DNA of 45,386 nt from Bigelowiella natans CCMP2755 (GCA_000320545.1 ADNK01000899.1:1-45386); one strand, 5' to 3'; positions 11,685 to 25,257 are shown, numbered from the stretch's first letter. The notes: generated by a model not told the origin, from the sequence alone. A program made the numbers and translations.

Positions 11685-13900
11685 CTATGATGCAATGTCG
11701 AACCAGGTTTCATAAGTTCGCACCTTGGTGGAAAGCAGATGTAATTTTAATAGGCGGAGCCTTGTCATCGTATTATGCAATACATCTGACCAATATGTAT
11801 TTCCCTCTGGAGACTTTCTCATGAATATTGTTCCATATACACCGTAATAAAGTAGATTTTTCGGAAATAAGTACAACCGACAGTATCCCCTAATTAACAA
11901 ACTTTCATCATAAATCATACATTAAATACTCATGATATTTTTAGAGAGGACCAGATGGTCATGTGTACGAAGTATACAATCTCTGCAAGATACATAGCGG
12001 ATGGCCCTTGCAAGTGCAGAATATCCAAGATTTTCATGATGTCCTGATGAAAACGCCAAAACGTTTAATATACTCATTTATCAAACACCCCATTTGTTAA
12101 TTACAAGAGGAACATCTGAGATATCGTGGAGCATAAATACAACTAATCCAAAGTTCGTGTATCTTCCAAACCCTAAAGAAATGATACGCACAATCTATAT
12201 TTGAAAATCTAGTTGCAACCGAAATCAAACTAAACTGAAGTACCATAACTGAGAGAAACAACACCGATCGTCACAACATGGTGCGTATACATCACATGAT
12301 GATCGCTGGCGCGAACCTAGTTTGGCTAGTTTAGGTTACGGTTCGTTATTTTTCTGTGAATGTTTTCTGAAATTTAGGAATTTATTGTCGAGCTATACTA
12401 CCTCAAAGAATCTGAGTGAAATCAAAGTTACAAACCTTACGGCTAACTGGGTCAAGTATAAGTACTTGATTGGATCCTGAAGTTAATGATTAGTTCAGAG
12501 AATTTCTTCATCATAAATTCAGCAATACCGAAATTTTTCCATCCCCAAGCAACTGCTCAGCATTTAATAGATACGAAGGGTATTTTAAAAACTCCATAGA
12601 TTTCTGAAGATAACATAATTTGAAGAGTATCTTCCTATTTTTTAAACAAGTGTGTTGTACGCTATATGCCCAGAGTTCCATCACTGACATTGAGGTGTGA
12701 ATGATGAGTTGCCACATCTAGTAATACAAGAAGTCATTAGATGCACATGATGGGGGTTCCAATTTTATGTTAACCTATGATTCAAATACCTGTGATTCAA
12801 ATTGCCTCAAAGTAGTGTTTCTAATATGTATTTCATCATTTTCAAGATAATACCACATGTATATCCATTTAGTTTGAAAAGAGAATACGATTTGAGGGGA
12901 TTATTGAAAGGTTCCTTTGCCATGAAGTTCTTGCTAATATATCTAAAAAAAAATAATAGACATATATTATATATATTGTGTATTGCATGTCTATCATAAA
13001 ATTATGATAAAGCATGGCAGGATGCACAAGTTATGGGAAAGAATATGGATCTGCGACCTTCCCATTGTTCTTGAGAGTCCCATAGAAATTCGAACTAGCC
13101 AAGCCACAGCAAAGCACTGAGTTTTATTGAATTTAATTAATTGCTTTGACGTGAATTATGATTTGTCTTTTCACATACCAGGATAAGGAAGTGAAAAATA
13201 GTTCTTGAGACGATGAGGACATACAGGGTCCCAATGATCTCAAATGCTGTTGAGTGAAATCGATAAATTCGACGCATCACTCATTTGAAGGGAGGAATAG
13301 GTATTCGTACCGAAAATGGTATCGAGTAGAAGCTCTATCATCGGTTGTGGCTTGTATACTTTTACCTGTGTATTGAAAGTACTAAACAAAATACTAGTCA
13401 AGTACAGTTGAGCACATAGAGTCTACCTTTAATTTTCCATTTAGTAGTATTTTTCCTACAATGAGCTCAGTATCCTTGGTCCCTTTCAGTTGCAGAATAA
13501 GGACAGCAATGGAATAATGCTACTAATTTCTACCAAAATAATTCTGTAGCTCCTCATCTTTTGCCTGGCATTTTGTCTTCACGCTACAGTAAATCTTTTT
13601 GACCATTAAAATGGAAAGTGCACTTCCAAAGCCATGACCCTGAAAAGCAAATAAAAAGCCCATAATAAGCCAATAATATACAAACAAATGTAGGTCTGAA
13701 AATCCTATGAATTGCCACATGCTCATTGATAAAGTGATATGCGCAGTCCTTCCGTGTACTTCTGTAAAATAACCTTTTTCCTCTGATATTCAGCTGCCTT
13801 CCCTGGAATAGTAAACACTTCAAATTGTTTCGTAGAATCTGGAACCAGATATCTAACATAATCGGTATCTCTGTGAGTTGGCATAGCCTTCTCTTCTTGG
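11685..13900 (-). pseudogene. Degenerate intron-rich gene with a GNAT-like acetyl-CoA-binding motif; probable pseudogene
   Basis: Exon-like pieces: EEKAMPTHRDTDYVRYLVPDSTKQFEVFTIPGK.., HVAIH + (cag)GHGFGSALSILMVKKI (resembles GNAT motif A), GTKDTELIVGKILLNGKLK / GKSIQATTDDRASTRYHFR / I*DHWDPVCPHRLKNYFSLPYP / VLCCGLASSNFYGTLKNNGK. Frame breaks occur near 13700-13730 and there is an in-frame TGA at 13240-13242. Boundaries are approximate. Confidence 0.35.
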
Positions 13901-14025
13901 GGGATGACAGGAATGGTGCACAGGAAGATGTAGTTGGAGTAGTAGTGCTGCTGCACGTGATCTGCTCTGGGAGACTTTGTCGAGACGACCTCTCCGTCCG
14001 AGACTTTCTCGAGTAGTAATAATCT

Positions 14026-14115
14026 CTCTCTCCGAGATATCCTCGAGACTACTAATTGCAGGAGCCAGAAATCTCTCCGAGATATCCTCGAGACTACTAA
14101 TTGCAGGAGCCAGCC
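14026..14115. repeat. Two near-perfect 45-nt tandem copies upstream of the carboxypeptidase gene
   Basis: tctctccgagatatcctcgagactactaattgcaggagccag occurs twice; the ORF track shows the matching LAPAISSLEDISER duplication. Confidence 0.85.
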
Positions 14116-14241
14116 TCTCGATAGTCTCCGCAGCTATCACATACGACAAAAAGAAGAGATTCATTTTGTCCCACCCACCCCCTGGATAGAGATCTACAAC
14201 CTACCGTACACAGACCCAAGCGATAACTAATTCATCTCACA

Positions 14242-17089
14242 ATGGAAACAAATCTCTCCCTGGTTCCTTTGCTCGCAGGATCTGTTTCAGTTTTCACTCT
14301 CTTTACTTACTCTCGACGTGGTGCATCAGCTACTGTATTTCCACGAAGACATAGAAATGTCTGCGCCAGCTCAAATCTGGTGCATGCAACTAAAGTAGTA
14401 TTAAATATGTTGTGTCTTTCGATCTGATTTACTGAGAGTAATACATGTGTACTTATTGCTCGGATTCTCTCTAGAGGTTTGTGGGCACAAACTCTCTAGG
14501 CAAGAGGAGCATTGCAATTTCAGATGCATTTGACAGTGGAAATATAAAAGTTCTCGACGCATCCAATCCAAAAGACATCCAATTAGCGATCAGGGAGGAG
14601 CCATTGACTAAGGGCACTGATAAAAGGTAGTAGCGTTACGTTATATACACGTACAATCTCATCATAGCGCAACACACAAAAAAGAACCATTACACGTACA
14701 ATCTCATCATAGCGCAACAAACAAAAGAGAACCATTACACATACAATCTCATCATAGCGCAACACACAAAAAAGTACCATTCGTGAAACGCTGCTAGTGT
14801 AGTAGTAGCATTATCCCCCTCTTTCTTGCATCAGAGGGAGGGGGATTATAGAGTTCATTTCATACTTACCGCCCCTCAACTACTATGAACTTACTATAAC
14901 AAAGGAAGCACTTTCAGTGGTTCTACTTTCGTGTATCAAATGTAAAGAACGTCGATTGCCGTTTCCGGTTGACAAATGCAGCTAAGGCATCATTTCCTGA
15001 GGCTTGGGATGGATATGAAGTCGTATACTCATATAATCCTTCTGAGAACCACCCACAGTGGCTACGAATACCGAATACAAAGTACACAAAGCCAGCTGCT
15101 GATGATGACAACGAGAACGACGATACGAAGATGATGAAAGCGGTTGACCCGGAGCTCATCTGGGAATTTACCTCTGAAAGGGATACTGTCTGGTTTGCAT
15201 ATTTTGCCCCATTTTCTTACGAGCGTCATCAGGCTTTGATTGCTACAGCTGCAAAAATCAGCTTTAGCCGAGACCTCAGTAATAGGTCACACCATCGGTG
15301 GGAAACCAATAGATCTCGTCAAAGTAGGCAATGGGTAGTACGTGCTGCTAAACATTGCTAAACACACCTTGTTGTTGCATGGAAGGAGATAGCACTCCTC
15401 CTCCTCCTCCTCCTCCTCCTCCTCCTCCTACTCCTCCTCCTAATCTCCCTCGCCATTACAACTGGTGTCCAAAACTGAATCTTCGTCTTCCATGGCACTT
15501 TTAACAGGGAGAGGAAAGTGTGGATTATTGCGCGCCAACATCCTGGGGAAAGCATGGCAGAATGGTGGATGAAAGTAATTAATTTGGTAGCATTGGAAAG
15601 GAATGATAATAGCGAGGATTGTTCGAAAACAAAGGCGACTACTACATAAATGATTTCTGATCTCATGATTCCATGTTATCACACTACTTAATTTGTTGAG
15701 CGATGATGTTGAAAATACATGTCGTCTGTCTGTTCTTCCAGGGATTTATTACACGATTGCTAGCGGGAGAGGATAAAGACAGCCAAAAACTACGTGAAGG
15801 AGCGACAGTGTATCTCGTACCAAATATGAATCCAGATGGAAGTGTAATGGGACACTTGCGCACAAATCGTAATGGTGCTAATCTCAATCGAGAGTGGCAA
15901 TCAGGGGTAGTGTTTATTCTCTTATCCACCACCAGCTGTTGAAATCAATTCTAATGCTCCTGTGATAACTTCTAGTGCGTATATGTGTGTGTATGTAGCA
16001 GCATCGTTAAGATAGATGATCAATTGCTATTTAAATCATTGAAGTAGGGTGGGGTGTGAGAAGGTTGGGATAGTAGTATGTTTATTTCTCTTTTACCGCA
16101 TTATGATGATTATGACGAATAATGTTTCCTCTAGCTTATCCAATTGAACGATGATAGGTGTATGAGGGTTATGATGCACCTACGTTAGAGAGGAGTCCTG
16201 AAGTGTTCTCTGTATTGGTAGTAGTAGTAGTAGTAGTAGTAGTTGTTGTTGTTGTTTTCGTCGTGGTAGACCCTAACAGGGAAAATGAGGGGCAGACAAA
16301 AAGGCAGAATTAGACTGGTGCTATGTGCTGTTCATGTGTGTTCAACATAGTAGCATCCTCCTTATGTTCTTTTTCATCACTTTCTTCTTAGGAGGAAATG
16401 AAGAAGACAGGTGTTGATCTCTTTATTGATGTTCATGGAGACGAAATGATACCTGACAACTTCTTTGTTGGGGGACAGGTTTTTACATTATTTATGGTGT
16501 ATAAAAACACAGCCATTAAATTAAATCCTCAGTATAATATATGATGTAAACGATTATTGCAACTATGAAAACATTGTCTCCATTGCAGTAGCATTTCATT
16601 GAATTATGATCCAAATGAAATCTCCTCCTCCTCCTCCTTCATCTCCTTAAGGGGACACCAGAGTGGTCTCAATTCCTGGAAGATAGATATGTCCTTTTGA
16701 ATTATGCGGTACTCAAGTCTACCGATGAGTTTCAAGTCGGACGTGGCTATGGAGATCCTGATGATAAGGATTTCAAGTGCATCAATTCACCACCAGGGGA
16801 AGCAAATTTGTCAGTTGGATCAAACCATGTTGGAAATAGATTTAAGTGCGTAGCTGCGACCCTTGAAATGCCTTTCAAAGATACAACAAAGACAGCCGAG
16901 AAAAAGAAAGGATGGTGCCCCGAGCGGGCTCAGGAGTTTGGAGCAAGTATGATTAGCGCCTTCAGCCTTATGCTTCCTTATCTAAGAGGCGAGCTTGGTT
17001 CAGCTGGTGAGGCAATGTTAAAGGAGGCTAAGGAAAAAACTTCAGCATCTGGAAAGCATTGGTACACCGAAGGAAAAAAGGAAGAATAG
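14242..17089 (+). CDS. M14-family zinc carboxypeptidase, bacterial-type cytosolic carboxypeptidase (CCP/M14D-like), 8 exons, with an apparent +1 frameshift at 15253-15257
   Basis: Exons 14242-14379, 14475-14626, 14905-15334, 15508-15574, 15742-15906, 16158-16217, 16392-16478 and 16652-17089. Motifs: ISDAFDSGNI and FQWFYFRV (CCP N-domain), FAYFAPFSYERH, Zn-binding ARQHPGE, PNMNPDG..GHLRTN..GANLNREW, FIDVHGDE and catalytic TLEMPFKD. Confidence 0.9.
14646..14780. repeat. Intronic minisatellite, three ~45-nt copies
   Basis: tacacgtacaatctcatcatagcgcaacacacaaaaaagaaccat occurs three times in carboxypeptidase intron 2. Confidence 0.9.
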
Positions 17090-17199
17090 AATTTACTACT
17101 ACTCAGTAATATGGAGGCGTGAAGTACCTATCACTCCTCAATAATCACCTTTTTCTTCCATATCTTTCTTATTATTCACACAGATGTTGGTGGATGTGC

Positions 17200-18800
17200 T
17201 TGATAATTGAGAGTTACCATAACCAAATGTGCACACCACATGCGAAATAAGCTAGTGTACATTCTGTTGTGTCAATACCAAGTCAACAGAGATGTCTTTG
17301 TCGCATGCATTTTGTTCACTATTGATTTGCCCTTCATTATAGTCACTTTTTACTTGTGCGCTAATGCACATCTCGTTGGACATGTACACACAGACTAAGC
17401 ACATTTTACAACAAGTAGCGGTGACGTACATGCATTTGTACTATGTGTACAATGACACGCACGCAATGGGCTGCTGAATGTAAGGCGGATGTGATAGACA
17501 TGCGTGATGTAACACATGCATGTGTACATGTACATGCACATGCATAGATGTACATACAATGAAGTAACTAAATGAGTGAATGTGTCTAGAGACGACATAC
17601 AGCAGCAGCGCATCGCATGCACCTGCTGTAGTTGCCCACACGCGTGCGTGCATGAGCTACACATGAGATGAGGCTGAAAAGCAGTGCACTAAAATTTATC
17701 CATGGAGTTGCATGCGGAAGCAGAGACCGATGTAAAACATCGCGCGCTAAAATGTAACACTTGTGGCGCAGTCAATGCCTTGAATGTGTGCATGCGACAT
17801 TACGCACGCGCTAGGGCATGCACCTGGATTGACAGCCATCCATGCAGCTGCAGCTTAGCTAGCTAGACGATAGCATGCGGTGCGCAACACTACTGACTAG
17901 CACAGCCATTATAGCCGATGCTACACACGTACGTGCAACACGCCGTGCACAGCTAGATAGACACACATTTTGACACATTTGCAAAACACATGAGACGGAT
18001 GCTCTAGTGCTGATGAATTGATCAAATTGTTTCAATGCATGGTCATCCTGATGTAGCTGTGCATGATGTATTTTTAGATTTGCACTACACGTGCATGCAT
18101 GCTTGTGTGGCATCGTCGCGTGCTGAAACAGCCAATCGGCGAATGTGATGCAAATGACATGGACATGCATGTGACATGATGTGTCCACTAGCTGTGCACA
18201 GGATGTGACACTGTGTCCATCATGCAACACTAGAGCAGCCTCGCTCTAGCGGTGACATGCTGATTACATCGATCACACAAAAGCTCTTGCTAATGCCTAG
18301 ACGTGTGCTCAACAATCTGCACGATTGCCGAAATTGTGGCGATGTGCGCGTGTGTGTGTGTTCGTTCCTTGCGTGAATTCACGGGTACTGATTAACGAGT
18401 ATTTTCTCATCAGCACGCACGATGACATGCATCATGTGTGCATCGTGCGTAGCAGTCGACCGTTGTTACGTTGCTGCCGAATTCATGCGCTGCTCACACA
18501 TTGGCAAAAATGGCAGCGTGTGCATGCGACATGCAAGTGCACATCCACATGCTATTTTTCACACAGTACGCCAGTTTCGGCATGCATGCATGCATCGGCC
18601 ACAGACACTAGAGACACACAATATGTATTCTATTACTGTGTCTATCACATTGCATGGCTACGCGATCACATGCACTTGCTTGGGTTTGCGTTCAATGATG
18701 TTGAGTGAGGCTCTCATACGAACCAAATGCGTCGTCGCTTCATTCAGTTGATCGTTCACATTCGTCTTACGTGAATCTTTCGCAATAACACGCCCGTATT
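17200..18800. other. Convergent intergenic TpA-depleted, CA/TG-alternating tract
   Basis: Examples: catgcatgtgtacatgtacatgcacatgcatag (17515-17547) and cacgcgtgcgtgcatg. The ORFs here are C/H/M/A-rich nonsense. Confidence 0.65.
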
Positions 18801-19242
18801 ATTGCGTTGTTATCGTTGAGACCCTATCCAGTGAATTCTCTGCGAGTGCACTAAGAAATGACATGCTCCAAATATTCATTATTGATGCAAACAAACACAT
18901 GGCATTTGCCGTTCGCACTTGCTGTTACGAATAAACCATGGTCCATGGTCATATGTGCGCAAAGAAGCTCGAGACACTCCATGCATGTGCCCTTCTTCTT
19001 CTTCTGCATCTTGATGCTCTTCTATATTGGCATGCTAGCACTCTTAGACTCAAATCCTTAACCTTGGATCTGGATGAACACACTCAGTTCCAACAACCCC
19101 AATATCCCCATCACTGGGATATAAACTTTGCTGCTTGTCCTTTGTGGATGATCTACGTATTATTTAAACAACAAAAGGAAACACGGCAGTGGGCAAGTTG
19201 TATGGATATGAACTTTGTATGTTCATCGTGCTGAAATATATG

Positions 19243-19359
19243 TTACCCTTCCTTCTCAAGAGCTGTAAGACCTATAGAATTTGTACTGCTATTCTGTATC
19301 AGAGTGAGACGTCGGCTAATCGAATAATGTGTGAAAATAAAAAAAAATATGTCAGCACA

Positions 19360-19401
<42 letters not shown>

Positions 19402-20502
19402 TTGTTGTAGTAATATCATTAATTTGGATATAAATGATATGCACACCTTCTTATCACTCCTCTAGCCTTAAGAATTGCGTGAAGATTTCTATGGACGATT
19501 GTTGTTGTGTTTACTGCCGATGCTGCTTTATTAGTGGCAGTAGATAAGGTTTCGGCTGATCCTCCTTCTGATGAAGCTGGAGTGTTTGTTTCTTCTGATT
19601 TTTCAAGGGAGAAATCCTTCTTTCCTACTTCTGATAACACGGCAGCGGTAACATCCCTTCCAATAGTCGGGGCCTTCCCTGTGCATATCCATCACACAAG
19701 GTCAGCATCCATCCCACCCCATTATTTTCACGTTATGTTGTTGATGATGATAATGGTGATAGTGATGATGATCATTTTCGAGTTGTAGTTGAGGCACCTT
19801 TGGTCCATTCGCAAGGTCTATACTCATAAACCTAAGTAGTAGTAGTAGTAAGGTCTTTACTCATAAACCATTCGTAAGGTCTATACTTATAAATCTAAGC
19901 AGTAGATAACAAGAAAACCAGAAAGGAGCTTTTAGTTTTAATAATATTGCTGATGAAACCACTGGTGATATAAAGATCACGATGGCTCCTTTTCATAGTG
20001 GTTAGCAAATATTTCTTAGCAAGACAATTTAATCGATTTGATAGGAGTGGTAGTAGTTGAAGTAGTAGTAAGTAATAGTAGTGTCAGTTCTGACACAAAA
20101 CTCAAGCTTCTTCTTCTTCTTATTATTATATTCCACAAATACTATCACTCTTTCTCTTACAGCTACCTCCTACGTATGAGACCTCTGCTGCTGCTGCTAC
20201 TACTACTACTACTAAATAACAATATATATATTTATCATATGAAACTACCGCCTCTGCCTCTTTGCTGAACCACATTGGAGGAGCAGTTACCATTACCTAT
20301 AATTATGATCAACCTTAATGATTTTTCATATTTTTCATTTTAGAATCACACATTCGAACAACTCCCTCCCAGGGAGCGGATAAAGTAAAGTGTAGTCAAC
20401 TAAATTCAAATTGTTGTTAATTAATAAATGATGAATAAATACTTTTAAGGCTCTCTTGCCAAGTTTGAGCTTCCATCCTTTTACGTAGTACCTGAGTACA
20501 GC

Positions 20503-20574
<72 letters not shown>

Positions 20575-21490
20575 AACAAACGATATTCATTTGAATTAGA
20601 AAAGAGAGGCTATTCAATGACAATGCTACTGTATTGTTATTCAACTTGATGATCCATTAATATGAATAGGAAGTAACCATTATCAGATGATTATTTGAAT
20701 GATTGAATACTTGATTGTTCCCTTCTACTTGTTATAGTACACTACGAATTAGCTCTTACTTCGCACAGTCTCGAGGCAATAGATCACACATTAAATTGCC
20801 TAAAGCAAACGATGATGATGATGATGATGACACACATTGGTAATCGACGAATAGAGTCACCATAATTATTACTACTACGAGCACAATCAATTTTAATTTT
20901 CAATTCCTTAAGGCGCACAACAGCAACAAACATGACAACCAATATTTAGTATTTTCAATGCTTGATAATGCAAAGCAATAACAGGTCAGCAGCATTTTAA
21001 TGCCGTTCTGAATTTGTATCATGATCTAAACGACAAAGATGACCAGGATTGAGCTGCTGATAAAAGAGTTCTACGCTTTTCTTCACACCATTCTGCAATA
21101 ATGACAACATTTACAGGTATTTTAAATGATAGATAGCGTGTATCATTATACCGGAGAAACCAACCGTGGGTAGCACTTACGACTGGTTTTGGTTATCATT
21201 TTTGTAGTGCATATTATTATTGTGTAGTAATTTTCACTTACCATCGTTTTGTGTTCTCATCACCGTGATAAATTAATAAAAAAATAATAAGAACAAAGAA
21301 TATAATAATTATTATTTCTCCCTTTTTTTAAATCTTTTTTTGTGCATTTTCAATCATGCTAGGATGCCATTATTATGATGGCGACTATTCATCTATTTCT
21401 TCTTCTACGAACTAATGAAGAAATATAACACTTTACTACAACCTCCTTACGCATAGCCATAGCAATAGTTTCGGCTGCTTGTCTATAAAG

Positions 21491-21530
<40 letters not shown>

Positions 21531-23297
21531 CATTTATGATGCGTGCAAAATATATATTTCAAATGAGTAAAGCCTCTCTGATTACAATTTTTGTGCCTCC
21601 AACTTACCATTATTTTGTCTTCTTAGCAAATGTTCATTTTATTTTTAATGATGAGTGAGATAGCGTGTATAGCATGTTTAAATTATGTCCGCAGGTTAAC
21701 AAGATATGATTAGATAAAGTCATTCATTCCTCAAGCAGCACTAAGCATAAATATGAATCATCGAAGAAGTGAAAAAGGAGGATGATGATTATACTACTAC
21801 TACTATTATCATTTGCTGCCTGACAAATATGATAATGTTCTTACTTCTTCTACTACTAGTAGTAGTACCTCTGACTAGAGGAGAACATGGATTTAAAGGT
21901 TTCAGCGAGAGACTTTGGCTCCCATAAATCCGCGTTTTTAGGTTCCTAGTTGAGCGAGAATGATGATGATGGACATGATAATAATGGTGACAATGTAATT
22001 TCATGGATAGTAAAGAAATGTGATGAGTAGGTGGAAAAAGTATGATGATTAGATATTATGATTACTGGCCCTGCCCCTCGGTCAGCAACCATCTTCCCCC
22101 AGAAAGGCTGTCAGTAACTCATAGTCAGTAATAACATAACCATTATCACAATAAATTATCACCATTGCTACACCCAGCAATAACATAGACGACGATTTAA
22201 TAGTTTGATGCCCCCCCTCCCCCCCCTGCTCATTTTCTCCACCATCCACCTGGTCTCCGAAGAAGGGGGAGATAAGGGTCGGGCGTCCTTCCACAAGGCC
22301 TTTAAAGAGAACATTTGTTGAAGAAGAAGAAGAAGAAGAAGAAGAAGAAAACGATGAGTAAAATGTTAGTTTATAATTATTATTACCATTGATTTCATCC
22401 TCATATTGCACACTATAACTACTACTACTACTACTACTACAACTACTACTGCCACTACAACAATTCAATGGTAGTCATATTGACAACATAGCACACCATT
22501 ATGTATGGAAAAATATCGATGACAATAACAATACTAATAACACCGGCATAAGTTGTTCCTGCTCCTCCATGATGACAAACACCTGCAACCTAAAGCAGCA
22601 GCAGGGTGAATTGCTATAATTAACACTATCATGCTTATTATTGTTGGTTGTTGGCCAAGATGATAATATCGATTTATTGTACAAAACCCAACTTAATTTT
22701 ATCAGAAGTAAAAATCAAATGAAAAGTGATCGATTAGCTTCAGTGGTGTATTATATTGCCAACACACTGTAGCATAATACACACACATTGCAGATACAGC
22801 AACATGTACAACAACAACAACAACTACTACTAACCCTAATACTACTACTTCTGCCATTTAGCTCTGATGTGAGTGACTCACTCACCTTTGTGAATAACCA
22901 AGAGTGCGATACCCTAATAGGAATGATAATAGTAATAATAGTAAGAATACATAAACATACTGTCTATCATCGCTTGGAAGTGAGAGGAGAAAGAGAAAGA
23001 GGTGATAAAGACATTGCACATGCAGTCATCACTATTCTTAGTCATCACAATGTTCGTCATAAATCCTAAATTGGTCAATTATAGCGAGGCAAGTGGGTGC
23101 TGCTCTCAGAAAGAGAAGAATGGAAGAATCCTTCTAGCGTAAAAAATAGCACCTCCCAATGACAAGAACATTAGAATCTTTTATTTCTTTCATTTCTACA
23201 AAAACAAAATAATGTAAAATGAGAACAATAAACAGAGGCTACTATTACTAAATTCATAAATTGTAATGGCTTTGGTATGCATATGATGCGTGTACAA

Positions 23298-23335
<38 letters not shown>

Positions 23336-25202
23336 TTCCCTTCATTAACAGCACAAGAAGAATGTAGATTTCATCATCATCCATATTGTTGTACTCGCGA
23401 AGACGAGATAATCGTTAATACTTGTAGATATTATCGTACGCACTACTGTATCATAGGTCTAACAGATGATAACACTCACTACTTTGAATTTCAGTTCCAT
23501 CTTCTAGCTTCGTTCCAGATGCAAACTGAACCTATTTGCATATTGCCTTCATCATCACTATCATCATTATCATCATCATCATCATCATCATCATCACACA
23601 CACTCTAGACTTACTTACTTACCCCCCAAGTGTCATATAGATTACTGCCCAATCCTGCCCAACCTTGCTGCATCACAACCCGGATTCCTAAATTTAAAAC
23701 AGCAGCCAGAATACATAAACAAACAAACAAATAAATAAATAAAACGGGGCAAGAATACCGAACTATTACTATTATTATTATGAACAAATGACGAACATAT
23801 TGAATCCGTAATGATAGATTTTACCATTTCTATATGATAAAGATACCGATTTTAAAAATTAGCACCTCATTTATAGTTGGTGTTCATGTTCCACCACTTA
23901 CTATTGATGACACTAAAGATGATAAGAACCCTATCATTGTTATTGTTATTATTATCATAATTACTGTCTTTATTCTTAGTTTTTCCACTATAGATTGGTG
24001 ATGCACACCTGCAATCCTCGCAGCCTCGGCCACTACTTTACTGAAAAAGATGAAGAAAGAGAAGAAGAGAAAGAAAGGTAGTAGTAGTAGTAGTAGTGGT
24101 AGTGGCAGTAGCAATTATATGAGAGAAAATGTTATAGATATAAGTTGAAGAAGGGAGAGGAGTAGGAAGAGGGGGATTAGATTTCAGCATTAGATTACGA
24201 CATACAACAATTAAGATTACATTTGAGTCTATAAGAGTATCAAAAACAAAATGATATCATGGTCTCAAGCTTGTTACTACAACAACAACTACTACTCCTA
24301 CTACTACTTTTCCTTGTACCTTACTCGCTTAGGATTCACAAGCACACATGATCCAAAGCCTGATTAAAAGAAGAAGGAATAATACTAATTAGATTATAAT
24401 TCCAAAGAGGAAGAAAAATAACACCAACATCAACACCAACACCAACACCAACATCAACGAATATTGAAGATGTACAATTTTGATATTTTCAATGAATATG
24501 ATCTGATTTACATTTATTGTCAGGTATAATATATCTATATTCTGGGTTCCCACGGACTTCTCCTCCTCCTTCTCCAACTACTACACTCCTTCTCCTCCTC
24601 CTCCTCCTCCTACTACTTCAACGACTACCAACAAAAAGCGGTGGGCCTCGTTTTGCATCGTCTCTCTTTATCCATGAAGCAATATCAGTTGGGGGCTCAC
24701 CCTTGAATCCGCTTAAGACCATTCATTTAGGCAGCAGCACAAGGATAGACAAGTAGTACAAAGTTGAGGTATAATAGCACATAGTTGGACAAACAAACAT
24801 CACTTGCTACACGTATACTAACACCGAACATATGCATATTTTAAGAAGATTACTTGTTGAAATAACAACACACACCTTCCCTCTAACTCGCAGAATCCAG
24901 CTATACTAATATGTCGTCCCCAATCTGCCGGCTTAGGAATAAGACTTGAGCTCCTAGTAACGAAGGGAGATACATCAAAACAACAACCATTGCAATAATA
25001 CCGTATTCAATCACGAGTAAATTCATTCAGATTATTCTCATTATTCTCACCAAACATAAGTGAAAGGAACTTCGCGCTCGTTTACAACATTTGAGCCCTA
25101 AATAACAACGAAAAAATAATCATGTTCTTAATGATATGAAAGCTGAGAAAGCAAAAAATAACAAATAAATGTTATACATATATAATATCTACACACACAC
25201 AA

Positions 25203-25257
<55 letters not shown>

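Noticed and set aside
13240-13242. In-frame TGA as evidence of selenocysteine or an alternative genetic code
   Set aside because: The kinesin appears to use TGA as its stop, no conserved gene here needs TGA read-through, and the same locus has other lesions.
14646-14780. Regular repeats that could resemble a CRISPR array
   Set aside because: They are contiguous tandem units with no unique spacers, inside a spliceosomal intron, with no cas genes.
17395-18751. Several overlapping Cys/His/Met-rich ORFs resembling metal-binding proteins
   Set aside because: They are a by-product of TpA depletion and CA/TG enrichment, and are open on both strands without any motif.
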